Shown here one piece after another: positions 1 to 8,206 of a stretch of 10,922 nt of DNA. Position 1 is the stretch's first letter; each line of letters starts with the position of its first letter. Origin of the DNA: Candidatus Micrarchaeota archaeon. Its GTDB lineage: Archaea; B1Sed10-29; JAJRYS01. The stretch is from contig CAZBZN010000024.1 of assembly GCA_964496415.1 (NCBI GenBank), forward strand, positions 1 through 10,922. The letters are read 5' to 3'. The notes beneath the pieces were generated by a model. The model was given only the letters and a program-made list of their open reading frames with translations. It was not told the DNA's origin and did no database searches. A program made the position numbers and the translations under genes.

Positions 1-81
1 TCCATATCCCCTGCAAAGACCTAATCCTCGTCCAGTCATTGGTCCTAATCCTAATGGTCCTGTTCCATCAAGTCCTGGCAT
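1..81 (-). CDS. 5' part of a DUF5320-like small Gly-rich protein (runs off the window edge; not in the ORF track)
   Basis: Manual translation from ATG at 81 gives MPGLDGTGPLGLGPMTGRGLGLCRGYG..., matching the MPxxDGTGPxGxGPMTGRGxGxC N-terminus typical of DUF5320. An SD GGAGGTGG lies at 93-86. Confidence 0.85.
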   Translation of the reverse strand, partial: MPGLDGTGPLGLGPMTGRGLGLCRGYG

Positions 82-99
82 CAAACCACCTCCATTTTT

Positions 100-137
100 T
101 GAATTATTATTCAATAAGTGATATGAATTATAATTCA
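100..137. promoter_or_regulatory. Two tandem palindromic operator-like sites, TGAAT-TATW-ATTCA
   Basis: TGAATTATTATTCA at 100-113 and TGAATTATAATTCA at 124-137; 123-138 is a perfect 16-bp palindrome. Both lie just downstream of a minus-strand TATA box. Confidence 0.6.
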
Positions 138-142
138 TTTAG

Positions 143-156
143 TATTTAAAGGTTTC
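143..156 (-). promoter_or_regulatory. Archaeal BRE/TATA promoter for the DUF5320-like gene
   Basis: The minus strand reads GAAACC-TTTAAATA (156-143), about 60 nt upstream of the ATG. Confidence 0.55.
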
Positions 157-200
157 GGTTAGCACAGAGTTTAATAAAACAAAAACCTAAGAAAAAAAGC

Positions 201-2324
201 ATGTGCGGGATTATTGGTTTTTTTGACTACGATGACTCAGCGCAGAAAACAGTGAAAGGTCTTCAAATAATGAAGAACCGTGGAAAAGATTACTACGGAA
301 TAAGTAATGGAAAAGAAACAATCTACTCTAAAAAACTGAGCCAGTTAAAACTTGAAGGCAAGAACGTGATAGGGCATTGCCTTCATGCAATGGTTTCAGT
401 AGTCCCACAGCCTCTGAAAGCAAAAGGCTTCTTAGTCGCTAACTGCGAGATTTATAATTGGAAAAAAATAAGTAAAAAATACAAGTATGACGCGTGTAAT
501 GATTCAGAAGCTCTGCTTAAGTTGCTTGATGAAAAAGAGTTAAAAGCTTTAAAAGAACTTGACGGAGTGTATGCTTTTTGTTATTGGAAAAACAACAAAG
601 TAGTGTTATGCCGTGACATAATTGGAATAAAACCCTTATGGTATTCATATGATGAGAAGACAGGAAGGTTTTGTTTTGCATCTGAAAAGAAAGCACTTGA
701 ACAGCAGGGGGTAAAAAGAATAGTAGAACTTAATCCTAGAAAGATACTCATTTATGATACTAAAACAAAGAAAATAAGTTTTAGAAAAAGAAGGTTCTTC
801 ACTACAAAGCCAGAAGTAAAGGAAAGCGAAGAAAAGATAGTAAACAAGCTTAAGAGCTTAATTATTGAAAGCGTTAAGAAGAGAATAAGTAACCAAAAGA
901 CAGGGCTTCTTTTCTCATCAGGGATAGATTCTCTCATAATAGCTAAAGTGCTTAAAGACCTTGGAATAGAGTTTACTTGTTATGTTGCAGGATTTCCTGG
1001 TTCAAGAGACGTTGAAGCAGCTGAAAAAGCAGCAAAAGAATTAAGGTTAAAACTAAAAGTTAAAGAGCTTTCACTTCAAGAAGTTGAAGAACTGTTAAAA
1101 GAAGTAATTCCTTTAATAGAAGATAATAATGTTGTAAAAGCAGGAGTAGCGGCAACTCTTTTTGCAGCAGCTAAAAAAATGAAAGAAGATGGAGTGAAAG
1201 TGTGCTTTTCAGGGTCAGGAGCAGATGAGTTGTTTGCTGGTTACGAAAGACACAAAAAGAGTTATGATGTAAACAAGGAGTGCTTGTCAAGCATTAGGAA
1301 GTTCTATGAAGTAAACGCTTACCGGGATGACGTAATAACAATGAATAATAATATTGAACTAAGAGTACCTTTCCTTGACATCAAGCTTGTCAGGTACGCG
1401 TTAAGAATTCCTTCAAGCATGAAAATCAGTAATGGCCAGTCAAAATACGTGTTGAGGAAGGTTGCTGAAAGCCTTGGAATACCAAAACACTTGATAAGGG
1501 AAAAGAAAGCAGCACAATACGGAAGCAGGGTTGACTGGGCTATTCAAAAGCTTGCTAAAAAGCAAGGAAAAACAAAAGCAGACTACCTGAGGCAGTTTTA
1601 TGATTCAGGGAACGTTAAACTTGGAGTGCTGTTCAGTTCAGGCAAGGACAGTTGTCTTGCAATGGAAGTAATGATGAAACAAAACTATGACGTGAAGTGT
1701 TTGATAACAATAAAAAGCAAAAATCCTCACTCTTACATGTTTCACACTCCTAACATTCATCTAACAGAATTACAAGCAAAAGCCATGAACCTTCCAATAA
1801 TAATCCAAGATACTAAAGGTGAAAAAGAAAAAGAACTAAAAGACCTGAAAAAAGCGATTAAGAAAGCAATAGAAGAGTATGAAATTGAAGGAATAGTCAC
1901 TGGAGCATTATATTCTACTTACCAAAGAGACAGAATAGAAAAAATCTGCGACGAGCTTGGATTAAAATGTTTTGCACCACTATGGCATATGGATCAAGAA
2001 AAAGAAATGCGTAGAGTAGTGAAAAACTATAAAATCATATTCACTTCAATTTCAGCTTATGGACTTGATGAGTCATGGCTTGGTAGAAGGATAACTGAAA
2101 AAGACGTGGAAGAACTTGTAAAACTTAATAAAAAATACGGCATAAACGTTGCTGGAGAAGGAGGAGAGTTTGAAAGCTTAGTGCTTGACGCTCCTTTCTT
2201 CAACAAAGAAATAAGAATACTTGACTATGAAATAATTAAAGAAAATGAATTCACTGCAAGAATGGTGATTAAAAAAGCAGAATTAGCAAGAAAACAAGTA
2301 TTAAAAACCAAAAATACTTCTTAA
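201..2324 (+). CDS. Fusion of a glutamine-hydrolysing asparagine synthetase-like protein (Ntn amidotransferase plus synthetase domain) and a C-terminal diphthine-ammonia ligase (Dph6/ATP_bind_4) domain
   Basis: AsnB-type motifs: MCGI (catalytic Cys2), NCEIYN, RDIIGIKPL, PP-loop FSSGIDS, SGSGADELFAGY, ELRVPFLD. From about residue 471 there is a second PP-loop LFSSGKDS, then SYMFH, APLW and GEGGEFES (Dph6 family). Confidence 0.9.
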   Translation: MCGIIGFFDYDDSAQKTVKGLQIMKNRGKDYYGISNGKETIYSKKLSQLKLEGKNVIGHCLHAMVSVVPQPLKAKGFLVANCEIYNWKKISKKYKYDACNDSEALLKLLDEKELKALKELDGVYAFCYWKNNKVVLCRDIIGIKPLWYSYDEKTGRFCFASEKKALEQQGVKRIVELNPRKILIYDTKTKKISFRKRRFFTTKPEVKESEEKIVNKLKSLIIESVKKRISNQKTGLLFSSGIDSLIIAKVLKDLGIEFTCYVAGFPGSRDVEAAEKAAKELRLKLKVKELSLQEVEELLKEVIPLIEDNNVVKAGVAATLFAAAKKMKEDGVKVCFSGSGADELFAGYERHKKSYDVNKECLSSIRKFYEVNAYRDDVITMNNNIELRVPFLDIKLVRYALRIPSSMKISNGQSKYVLRKVAESLGIPKHLIREKKAAQYGSRVDWAIQKLAKKQGKTKADYLRQFYDSGNVKLGVLFSSGKDSCLAMEVMMKQNYDVKCLITIKSKNPHSYMFHTPNIHLTELQAKAMNLPIIIQDTKGEKEKELKDLKKAIKKAIEEYEIEGIVTGALYSTYQRDRIEKICDELGLKCFAPLWHMDQEKEMRRVVKNYKIIFTSISAYGLDESWLGRRITEKDVEELVKLNKKYGINVAGEGGEFESLVLDAPFFNKEIRILDYEIIKENEFTARMVIKKAELARKQVLKTKNTS

Positions 2325-2329
2325 TAGGT

Positions 2330-3049
2330 ATGATAAAAACAGGAATAAGTGAGTTTGACGAGTTAATTGGAGGCGGAATCCAAGCAGGATTCGTTATCTT
2401 AATAGAAGGGCCTGTTGGAAGTGGGAAAAGCTTCTTAATAAATCATCTTGCAATGAACGCGATAAAACAAAACCTGAAAATGGTCTACGTCTGCAGCAAC
2501 TCAAGAATAGGCTATCTAAAAGAGTTCTTTGAAAAAGAAGGAGCAGACGTACTATTTGTTGATTTTTACTCATGGAAAATAAGAGAAACAATCCCAGGAA
2601 CCATTGGTATAACAACACTTTCAAATATCGCTGAATGCTTAGAAGCAATCAAAAAAGCATGTGAAGAAAAACAACCAAACCTGCTTTTGTTTGACAGCCT
2701 AAGTGATGTGATTTTATATAATGATCAAAATGAATTTTTCAAGTGCTTATCAAATTTAGTTGCTTTCCTAAAAAGCAAAAGAATAACTACGGTCATGGTT
2801 ATTGAAAAGGACCTCCATGATGACAAAGTAATATCACTGGCAGAATACTTAAGTGACGGCGTGATAGAAACAAGAATAAACGAAAGTGAAAGACAATTAA
2901 GAGTGCTTAAAATGCTTGGAACAAGCATTCCTTTAAAATGGATTACTTATGAACTAACCCCTGAAGGAATAAAGCTAATTGAACAGAGGAAAAAAGAGAT
3001 ACAACAAGAAATAAAAAAAGCAGAAAAGAGAATAAGACAAACCTCATAA
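2330..3049 (+). CDS. RAD55/KaiC-like RecA-superfamily ATPase (single domain)
   Basis: KTGISEFDELIGGG start, Walker A GPVGSGKS, Walker B LLLFDS, EYLSDGVI and RQLRVLKMLG. Starts 5 nt after the previous stop codon. Confidence 0.88.
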   Translation: MIKTGISEFDELIGGGIQAGFVILIEGPVGSGKSFLINHLAMNAIKQNLKMVYVCSNSRIGYLKEFFEKEGADVLFVDFYSWKIRETIPGTIGITTLSNIAECLEAIKKACEEKQPNLLLFDSLSDVILYNDQNEFFKCLSNLVAFLKSKRITTVMVIEKDLHDDKVISLAEYLSDGVIETRINESERQLRVLKMLGTSIPLKWITYELTPEGIKLIEQRKKEIQQEIKKAEKRIRQTS

Positions 3050-3051
3050 TT

Positions 3052-4092
3052 TTATTTTTTTAAGTAAACAGTGGTTGTTGGGAAAGGAATGTTTATCTTC
3101 TCTTTCTTAAACCTCTTTAACAAGTTTTTCTTGAACTTGCTTTCAATCCTCCACCTGTCAGTGAAATCTTTTATCCTAAAGATTACTGTGAAATTCAAAG
3201 AATACTCGCCAAAATCACTGAACCTCACTATTGGTTTAAAGTCTTTTACTATCCCTTCGTCAGTTTTCCTGAGTTTTTCAACCTCCTCCTTAAGTATCTT
3301 TTCAACCTTATCAACGTCACTGTTATAATCTACTCCTATTGAAAAAATCAAAGAAGTTTCTTTCCTAGGTAAAGAATAGTTATAAATAATCATTTCAGAA
3401 AGCTTTGTATTAGGAATAACCACCAAGTAATTGGAAAGAGTTCTAATTCTAGTGGTCCTCCAGCCAATGCTTTCAATAAAACCTTCCTCGCCTGATTCAA
3501 GCCTTACATAATCACCAACCCTTATTGGCTTGTCAGCAAGCAAGTAAAACCCTGCAAAGAAAGAAGAAAGAGTATTCTGTAAAGCCAAAGCAACTGCAAG
3601 ACCAGCTATTCCAAGTCCTGCTAACAATGCTGTAACATCATAGCCAAAGATCGAGAGGATTATTGATATTGCTGCAAAATAAACAAAAGCCCTGAAAACA
3701 TTTCTTATCACTGGAAGAATCTGCTTGTCAACTTCTGGTCTTTGAACAACCCTCATCAAAGCAAAAGATATTATGAGGTTAAAAGATTCAATTGTAAGCT
3801 TAGCGCCTATCAAAACATAAACAACTTTAAACAACAAGTCAACAAGATGATAATAAGCTGAAAAGCTTGGAAGAAAACTAAAACCAACATGCAAGCCAAT
3901 AACAATAGCAAGCAAAGTTATTGGAAACTGAGTGTTTCTTATAAAAATATCATCAGCCTGCGTCTTAGTCTTCGCAGCTGCTTTTTTCAAAGCTGAAAAG
4001 ATAACTACATTAAGAACCTTAACAACTGCAAACACTCCAATTACTATCAGTATCAACGTCACTGCTTCTTCAACAGTCAACCCAAAAATCAT
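3052..4092 (-). CDS. mscS: Small-conductance mechanosensitive channel (MscS family)
   Basis: Several N-terminal hydrophobic segments, TM3 motif LLAGLGIAGLAVALALQNTLSSFFAG, KPIRVGDYV, IGWRTTRIRT, VVIPN and C-terminal INIPFP. The ATG at 4092 has SD GGTGG at 4104-4100, so it is preferred over the TTG at 4098. Confidence 0.93.
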   Translation of the reverse strand: MIFGLTVEEAVTLILIVIGVFAVVKVLNVVIFSALKKAAAKTKTQADDIFIRNTQFPITLLAIVIGLHVGFSFLPSFSAYYHLVDLLFKVVYVLIGAKLTIESFNLIISFALMRVVQRPEVDKQILPVIRNVFRAFVYFAAISIILSIFGYDVTALLAGLGIAGLAVALALQNTLSSFFAGFYLLADKPIRVGDYVRLESGEEGFIESIGWRTTRIRTLSNYLVVIPNTKLSEMIIYNYSLPRKETSLIFSIGVDYNSDVDKVEKILKEEVEKLRKTDEGIVKDFKPIVRFSDFGEYSLNFTVIFRIKDFTDRWRIESKFKKNLLKRFKKEKINIPFPTTTVYLKK

Positions 4093-4154
4093 GAACAAAC
4101 CACCGTAAAAAACAACACCAAAGGCATTAAAAAAACTAACTGTTTAATCCTGCT

Positions 4155-4901
4155 TTACCGCAATGGTTTCCTTGCAGTTAGGATTACTGTTTTCACGTCA
4201 ACAAGACAATCAACACAGCCATTATTCATCACCCTCATGTTATGTGCTCTTTTAAGCTCGTCGCTTTTCAGGTAAATGCTCAGTATTTTCTCCTGCTTTT
4301 TTAAAGGCACGCAGCTGTTCTCAAGCCAGTTTCTAACGCTTTTCTGCTTGAGAACATGGAAAGATTCATCAATTACTTCAAAACCAGCTTTTTCAACAAG
4401 TCTTCTAAGACTCTTCTCAGTAAACAGGATTCTTTTCTCTTTTAACCTGAATATTTTTTTATAGTACTTTACTGTGTCTTGTGATGGAGGTATTCCTTCA
4501 GAAATGACGAACAAGCTTCCTGGTTTAAGAGCATAAAGACATTGCCTTAGCGCTTTTTTTGTTCCTCTTGTAATGTGATGAAGCACAGACCTCATAAAAG
4601 CCTTGTTAAAAAACTCTTCTTGAAAAAGAGGTTTTCTAATATCCCATAACACAAAAGCCTTGTTATCTCCCCAGTTTCCTTGAGCAAGCATATGAGGAGA
4701 AATATCCACTCCTATTACTTGTTTTGCAACAACTGCTGCTGCGTCAGCTACTTTTCCAGTGCCAGTTCCCACGTCAAGCACAATGTCATCAGGCTTCAAG
4801 CAGGCTTTTCTTATAAAACAATCCATGTATTGCTTGTCATTAACCCATTCAAGGTTGTTGAACTTTTCAGCTCTTTTCTGCCAAAACCTTACTGCTCTCA
4901 T
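4155..4901 (-). CDS. Class I SAM-dependent methyltransferase, substrate unknown
   Basis: Motif I VLDVGTGTG, GVDISPHML, SVLHHI and LKPG. Confidence 0.88.
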   Translation of the reverse strand: MRAVRFWQKRAEKFNNLEWVNDKQYMDCFIRKACLKPDDIVLDVGTGTGKVADAAAVVAKQVIGVDISPHMLAQGNWGDNKAFVLWDIRKPLFQEEFFNKAFMRSVLHHITRGTKKALRQCLYALKPGSLFVISEGIPPSQDTVKYYKKIFRLKEKRILFTEKSLRRLVEKAGFEVIDESFHVLKQKSVRNWLENSCVPLKKQEKILSIYLKSDELKRAHNMRVMNNGCVDCLVDVKTVILTARKPLR

Positions 4902-5008
4902 TAAAACCTTCTTAAAACAAAACCAGTTTAAAAAATAAACGTATATAACTTCGACGATTGATGAAAAAAGGTCTTGTTTTAAAAACTTTAAAGCAGTAAG
5001 TAATATTC

Positions 5009-5491
5009 ATGATAAGAAAAAAACCAAAAGTCAATTCTTACAAAGCTGAAAGACTTCTTAATTATACAATAAGTCATGGCATGAAAGGATTTTGGGCTGC
5101 AAGAAACTACAGGAAAGCAATAAAAATAGCTGATGAAAGAGTTCTTGAAATGCTTGAAAGAACAATAAAAAAAGAAAAAGACCTTAATGAAAAAACAAAA
5201 CAAAAACTAATAGAACTAGTGAAAATCAGAAGAAACGAACTTGAAAACAAAACAAGAAGAGTAAACCTACGTGACTTAATGAACGCAATGCGTACTGGGA
5301 AAATGCCTGACGCTGACTATTATGCAAGAGTGGCAAAAGCAAGAGGGCTCTCTTTAGCGCAAGTAAAAGACATAAAAGCCATGATTAAGAAAAACCAAAT
5401 AACGAAAAAAGAACTTGAAAAAATAATAAAAAACGAAAAATCAGAAAGGATTAAAAAAGCTCTTCAAAAAGCTGCTGAAAAATGGTTATGA
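5009..5491 (+). CDS. Hypothetical Lys/Arg-rich, probably helical protein (160 aa)
   Basis: The ORF fills the gap between divergent and convergent neighbours. TTTAAA motifs about 20-30 nt upstream suggest a leaderless start. No family motif recognised. Confidence 0.7.
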   Translation: MIRKKPKVNSYKAERLLNYTISHGMKGFWAARNYRKAIKIADERVLEMLERTIKKEKDLNEKTKQKLIELVKIRRNELENKTRRVNLRDLMNAMRTGKMPDADYYARVAKARGLSLAQVKDIKAMIKKNQITKKELEKIIKNEKSERIKKALQKAAEKWL

Positions 5492-5493
5492 AT

Positions 5494-6075
5494 TCAGTAC
5501 TCCTCACACTTCAATTGGAAGTAAGCCTTTGGATGACCGCATGAAGGGCATGCTTCTGGTGGTTCTTCACCCTCATGAACGTACCCGCATTTCCTGCAAA
5601 CCCAATACACTTTCTTCTCTTTCTTGAAAACAGTCCCTGCTTCTACTTGCTCCAACAGCTTCTTGTACCTTTCTTCATGATGCTGTTCAGCTCTTGCAAT
5701 GGCCCTCAGCCTTGCAGCTATTTCAGGAAAACCTTCCCTCTCAGCCACGTCAGCAAATTCAGGGTACATTTTCGTGTACTCATAGTTTTCCCCAGCTATC
5801 GCTGCTTTCAAGTTCTCTGCAGTACTTCCAAGCACTACTGGAACAGGAGACTCTACCCTCAAGTCCACTTCCTCACCAGACTTCTTCAGCAACTCATTTA
5901 AAAGCCTGAATAACCATTTAGCATGCTCTCTTTCATTATCAGCAGTCACTTCAAACACTTCTGCTATCTGTTCGTATCCTTCTTTCTTAGCAATCTTAGC
6001 ATAGAAAGAATAACGATTCCTCGCCATGCTTTCTCCAATGAACGCTTTTGCAAGGTTCTCAATAGTTTCTTTCAT
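5494..6075 (-). CDS. rbr: Rubrerythrin
   Basis: Diiron motifs [23 protein letters not shown] and AEQHH, plus a C-terminal rubredoxin-like CRKC...CPSC. SD GAGGTGG at 6086-6080 places the start at 6075 or 6078 rather than 6111. Confidence 0.95.
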   Translation of the reverse strand: MKETIENLAKAFIGESMARNRYSFYAKIAKKEGYEQIAEVFEVTADNEREHAKWLFRLLNELLKKSGEEVDLRVESPVPVVLGSTAENLKAAIAGENYEYTKMYPEFADVAEREGFPEIAARLRAIARAEQHHEERYKKLLEQVEAGTVFKKEKKVYWVCRKCGYVHEGEEPPEACPSCGHPKAYFQLKCEEY

Positions 6076-6183
6076 CATACCACCTCTTTGAAGTAAATAA
6101 GTAATAATCATTAAAAAACATCTAATAAAGGATAAGTATCAACTATTTTTTACCAAATTAGTAAAATAATCATAAAAACAAGT

Positions 6184-6205
6184 AAAAGAGGCAAAGCCTC
6201 TCTTT
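6184..6205 (-). terminator. Hairpin with a short T-tract downstream of the 44-aa gene
   Basis: Minus strand AGAGGC-TTT-GCCTCT followed by TTT; the stem spans 6187-6201, 14 nt after the stop codon. Confidence 0.5.
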
Positions 6206-6215
6206 CACATCTGGT

Positions 6216-6350
6216 TTAAAATCCTAGTTTTTCTGTCAACCTGCTCAAATGGCCTGTAAAATGTAGCACAGCTATAATAACTACTATTACAGCAACTACA
6301 ACAGCTCCAATTACTTGTGGATTTGAAGCTAATGCTGACAAATCAGTCAT
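6216..6350 (-). CDS. Unannotated 44-aa single-pass membrane protein
   Basis: MTDLSALASNPQVIGAVVVAVIVVIIAVLHFTGHLSRLTEKLGF*. Strong SD GGAGGTGG at 6362-6355, upstream BRE/TATA and a downstream hairpin. Confidence 0.8.
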   Translation of the reverse strand: MTDLSALASNPQVIGAVVVAVIVVIIAVLHFTGHLSRLTEKLGF

Positions 6351-6370
6351 TTCCCCACCTCCAAATTTAG

Positions 6371-6422
6371 ATGTATGAAATAATATTTTCATACATATGT
6401 AACAATTAATTATAAAGTTTTC
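6371..6422 (-). promoter_or_regulatory. BRE/TATA promoter with an overlapping inverted-repeat operator
   Basis: Minus strand GAAAAC-TTTATAAT at 6422-6409. A perfect inverted repeat ATGTATGAAA-N6-TTTCATACAT (6371-6396) covers the expected transcription start. Confidence 0.65.
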
Positions 6423-6425
6423 TAC

Positions 6426-6818
6426 TTAAAAAGACTTTCGGCTAGCTCGCTTTTTAAAAATATCATTCATCTCTTTTATTGCTTTTTCAACTTGGTTTTT
6501 GGTTATCTGCCATGCTTTTTCAATAGAAACAGAATAATAAATATACTTCAACCTTTTTCCTTCAGTTATTACTCTCCTCTTTATCAACTTTTTCTCTAAA
6601 AGAACTTTTATATACTTTCTAATGGTTCTTTCAGTTACATTCATTTGTTTTTTAATTTGGTTTATTGTAAGTTTTTTATTTAAAAGTAATTTGTAAAGTT
6701 TAATTTCTGTACTCTTAAAACCTAAAAACAAGAAAAAAGTGTCAAGTATCTTTTCTGGGTTATGTTTCTTTTTCAAATCAACTTTAAACTCTGCTAACTT
6801 GTCAATTTTTAACATCAT
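6426..6818 (-). CDS. Winged-HTH transcriptional regulator (TrmB-like N-terminal domain)
   Basis: LGFKSTEIKLYKLLL...LTINQIKKQMNVTERTIRKYIKVLLEKKLIKR...YIYYSV fits the archaeal wHTH pattern. Confidence 0.8.
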   Translation of the reverse strand: MMLKIDKLAEFKVDLKKKHNPEKILDTFFLFLGFKSTEIKLYKLLLNKKLTINQIKKQMNVTERTIRKYIKVLLEKKLIKRRVITEGKRLKYIYYSVSIEKAWQITKNQVEKAIKEMNDIFKKRASRKSF

Positions 6819-6846
6819 AATATTATTAACTTTTTCTATTATTTAA

Positions 6847-6863
6847 TTCATATGTATGAAAAT
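6847..6863. promoter_or_regulatory. Second copy of the operator motif, upstream of the regulator gene
   Basis: CATATGTATGAAAAT (6849-6863) is the exact reverse complement of 6385-6399, and TTCATA-TG-TATGAA (6847-6860) is itself a dyad. Confidence 0.6.
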
Positions 6864-6878
6864 TATCAAACCCTATTA

Positions 6879-7799
6879 TTAAAAAGCTTGTTTAAAAGGT
6901 TTACTTCTTGGAACAAACCTGACTCTTGGCCTTCCTTGCCCTGTTTTTGCTTTCATGTACTTGCTGAACTCACAGCAGCAGTTTTCAATGTTTGAAAGTG
7001 AAATCCTTTTAATCGGGTAATCTTTCCAGTAGTAATGCAAGAACTTGAAGTCAAGCCCAAACTCTTCAAAGTACTTGAACTGATTATCACGAAGGAATAT
7101 CATGGCGTCAAGCTCGTCTTTTGCCTTAAGATCAGGCCAGATGAACCTAAGGCCTCTCTTGCAGCCGTTCCCAGCAACAGCCCAGTCACCGTCCTCGCTG
7201 AAAGGAACAATTTTGTTATAAGTCAGGTCAAGAAGTATCTGGTAGCCAAGGAAATCACCTATTCCTGGAACGCTTGATATTACTTCAAAACACTCTTGCA
7301 TTGAATCAGCATGAGTAACCTCATCGTACAAGTCATCAAGGTTCCTGAACACGTGGTCTATTACTTCCACTATGTTAACGTACTTGTAAGGAGAGCCAGC
7401 GAACTTCTGGCCAGTGACTATGAAAGCAGAAGTGAATATCTTCATGCCTTTATTCTTCATCATAGTTAGCTTCTCAAGCAGTTTGCCCTTATCATACTCG
7501 TCGATTGTTTGAAAGCCGATGAAGCCAAAAGTCTCTGTCCGGTTAAACAACCTGTACACGAAAACGTTGAAGAACTGTTCCTTCTTACTGCCTTTGTTAA
7601 AAATGTGGTCGAACAAGTAGTAAGTGCCAGGGTCAAGTATCCTGTAAACGTTAGTGAACTTGTACTTCTTAAGTATTTCATCATTCGTCCATTCTTCTCT
7701 TGGAAGCTTCAGGATATTCCTCCTGTACCAAATCTCCTGCCTCTCTGTGACAAACCAGTAAAACATCCTCAGGTTTTCCTCAGCATCCTCAAAACGCAT
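6879..7799 (-). CDS. DNA base-hypermodification family protein (aGPT-Pplase clade 1 / 5-hmdU DNA kinase helical-domain-like, HhH fold)
   Basis: ERQEIWYRR...WTNDEILKKYKFTNVYR, YRLFNR, FTSAFIV, HhH-like VPGIGDFLGYQILLD, AGNGCKRGL and ENCCCEFSKY, recalled as motifs of this family. Confidence 0.75.
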   Translation of the reverse strand: MRFEDAEENLRMFYWFVTERQEIWYRRNILKLPREEWTNDEILKKYKFTNVYRILDPGTYYLFDHIFNKGSKKEQFFNVFVYRLFNRTETFGFIGFQTIDEYDKGKLLEKLTMMKNKGMKIFTSAFIVTGQKFAGSPYKYVNIVEVIDHVFRNLDDLYDEVTHADSMQECFEVISSVPGIGDFLGYQILLDLTYNKIVPFSEDGDWAVAGNGCKRGLRFIWPDLKAKDELDAMIFLRDNQFKYFEEFGLDFKFLHYYWKDYPIKRISLSNIENCCCEFSKYMKAKTGQGRPRVRFVPRSKPFKQAF

Positions 7800-7885
7800 G
7801 AACTAATTTAAAGAAATGCAAGGATATAATGCTAACGAAAAAAGAACAAAATCAACGTTAATGTCTTCTCATAATCCACTGCAAG

Positions 7886-7910
7886 GCTGCTCTGCAGTCA
7901 CAGCTTCATC
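7886..7910. repeat. Junction repeat copy 1
   Basis: GCTGCTCTGCAGTCACAGCTTCATC; the first 19 nt match 9486-9504 at 18/19. Confidence 0.85.
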
Positions 7911-7957
7911 AAACACTTTTCCATCTTATAGCACAGTAGTTACAAGTATAACTATTT

Positions 7958-8206
7958 TTACTCATCTACAAATATTTCTCTTTTTAATAAAACACTAATC
8001 AATTGGGTCACTTTATCTGCTATCTCTTCTTTACTTTCTTTACATTCCTTAGAAAGCTTTTCAATAACATACTCTACTGACTTTAAATCTATCTCGTCTA
8101 ATAACTTTTTACCTTCCTCTTTAACGACTATAATTGACCCAGGAACACCCATTATATATCCAAAACTTTCTTTTCTAACTCTTAATCTCGGATTATACTT
8201 TATCAT
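7958..8206 (-). CDS. Stand-alone PqqD/MftB-like RiPP recognition element (82 aa)
   Basis: Size and pattern fit an RRE: N-terminal strands PRLRVRKESFGYIM resembling MftB RPEPFGALL, then helices ending LISVLLKREIF. The start overlaps the radical SAM stop codon (ATGA). Confidence 0.75.
   Translation of the reverse strand: MIKYNPRLRVRKESFGYIMGVPGSIIVVKEEGKKLLDEIDLKSVEYVIEKLSKECKESKEEIADKVTQLISVLLKREIFVDE

Noticed and set aside
2330..3049. KaiC as a circadian clock gene
   Set aside because: It is a single-domain RAD55-like ATPase common in archaea, and no KaiA or KaiB is in the window.
7937..7954. Short inverted repeat TAGTTA-N6-TAACTA after the RRE gene (similar short ones at 9536-9546 and 10269-10283)
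   Set aside because: The arms are short and AT-rich and could arise by chance; they may be weak terminators but the evidence is insufficient.
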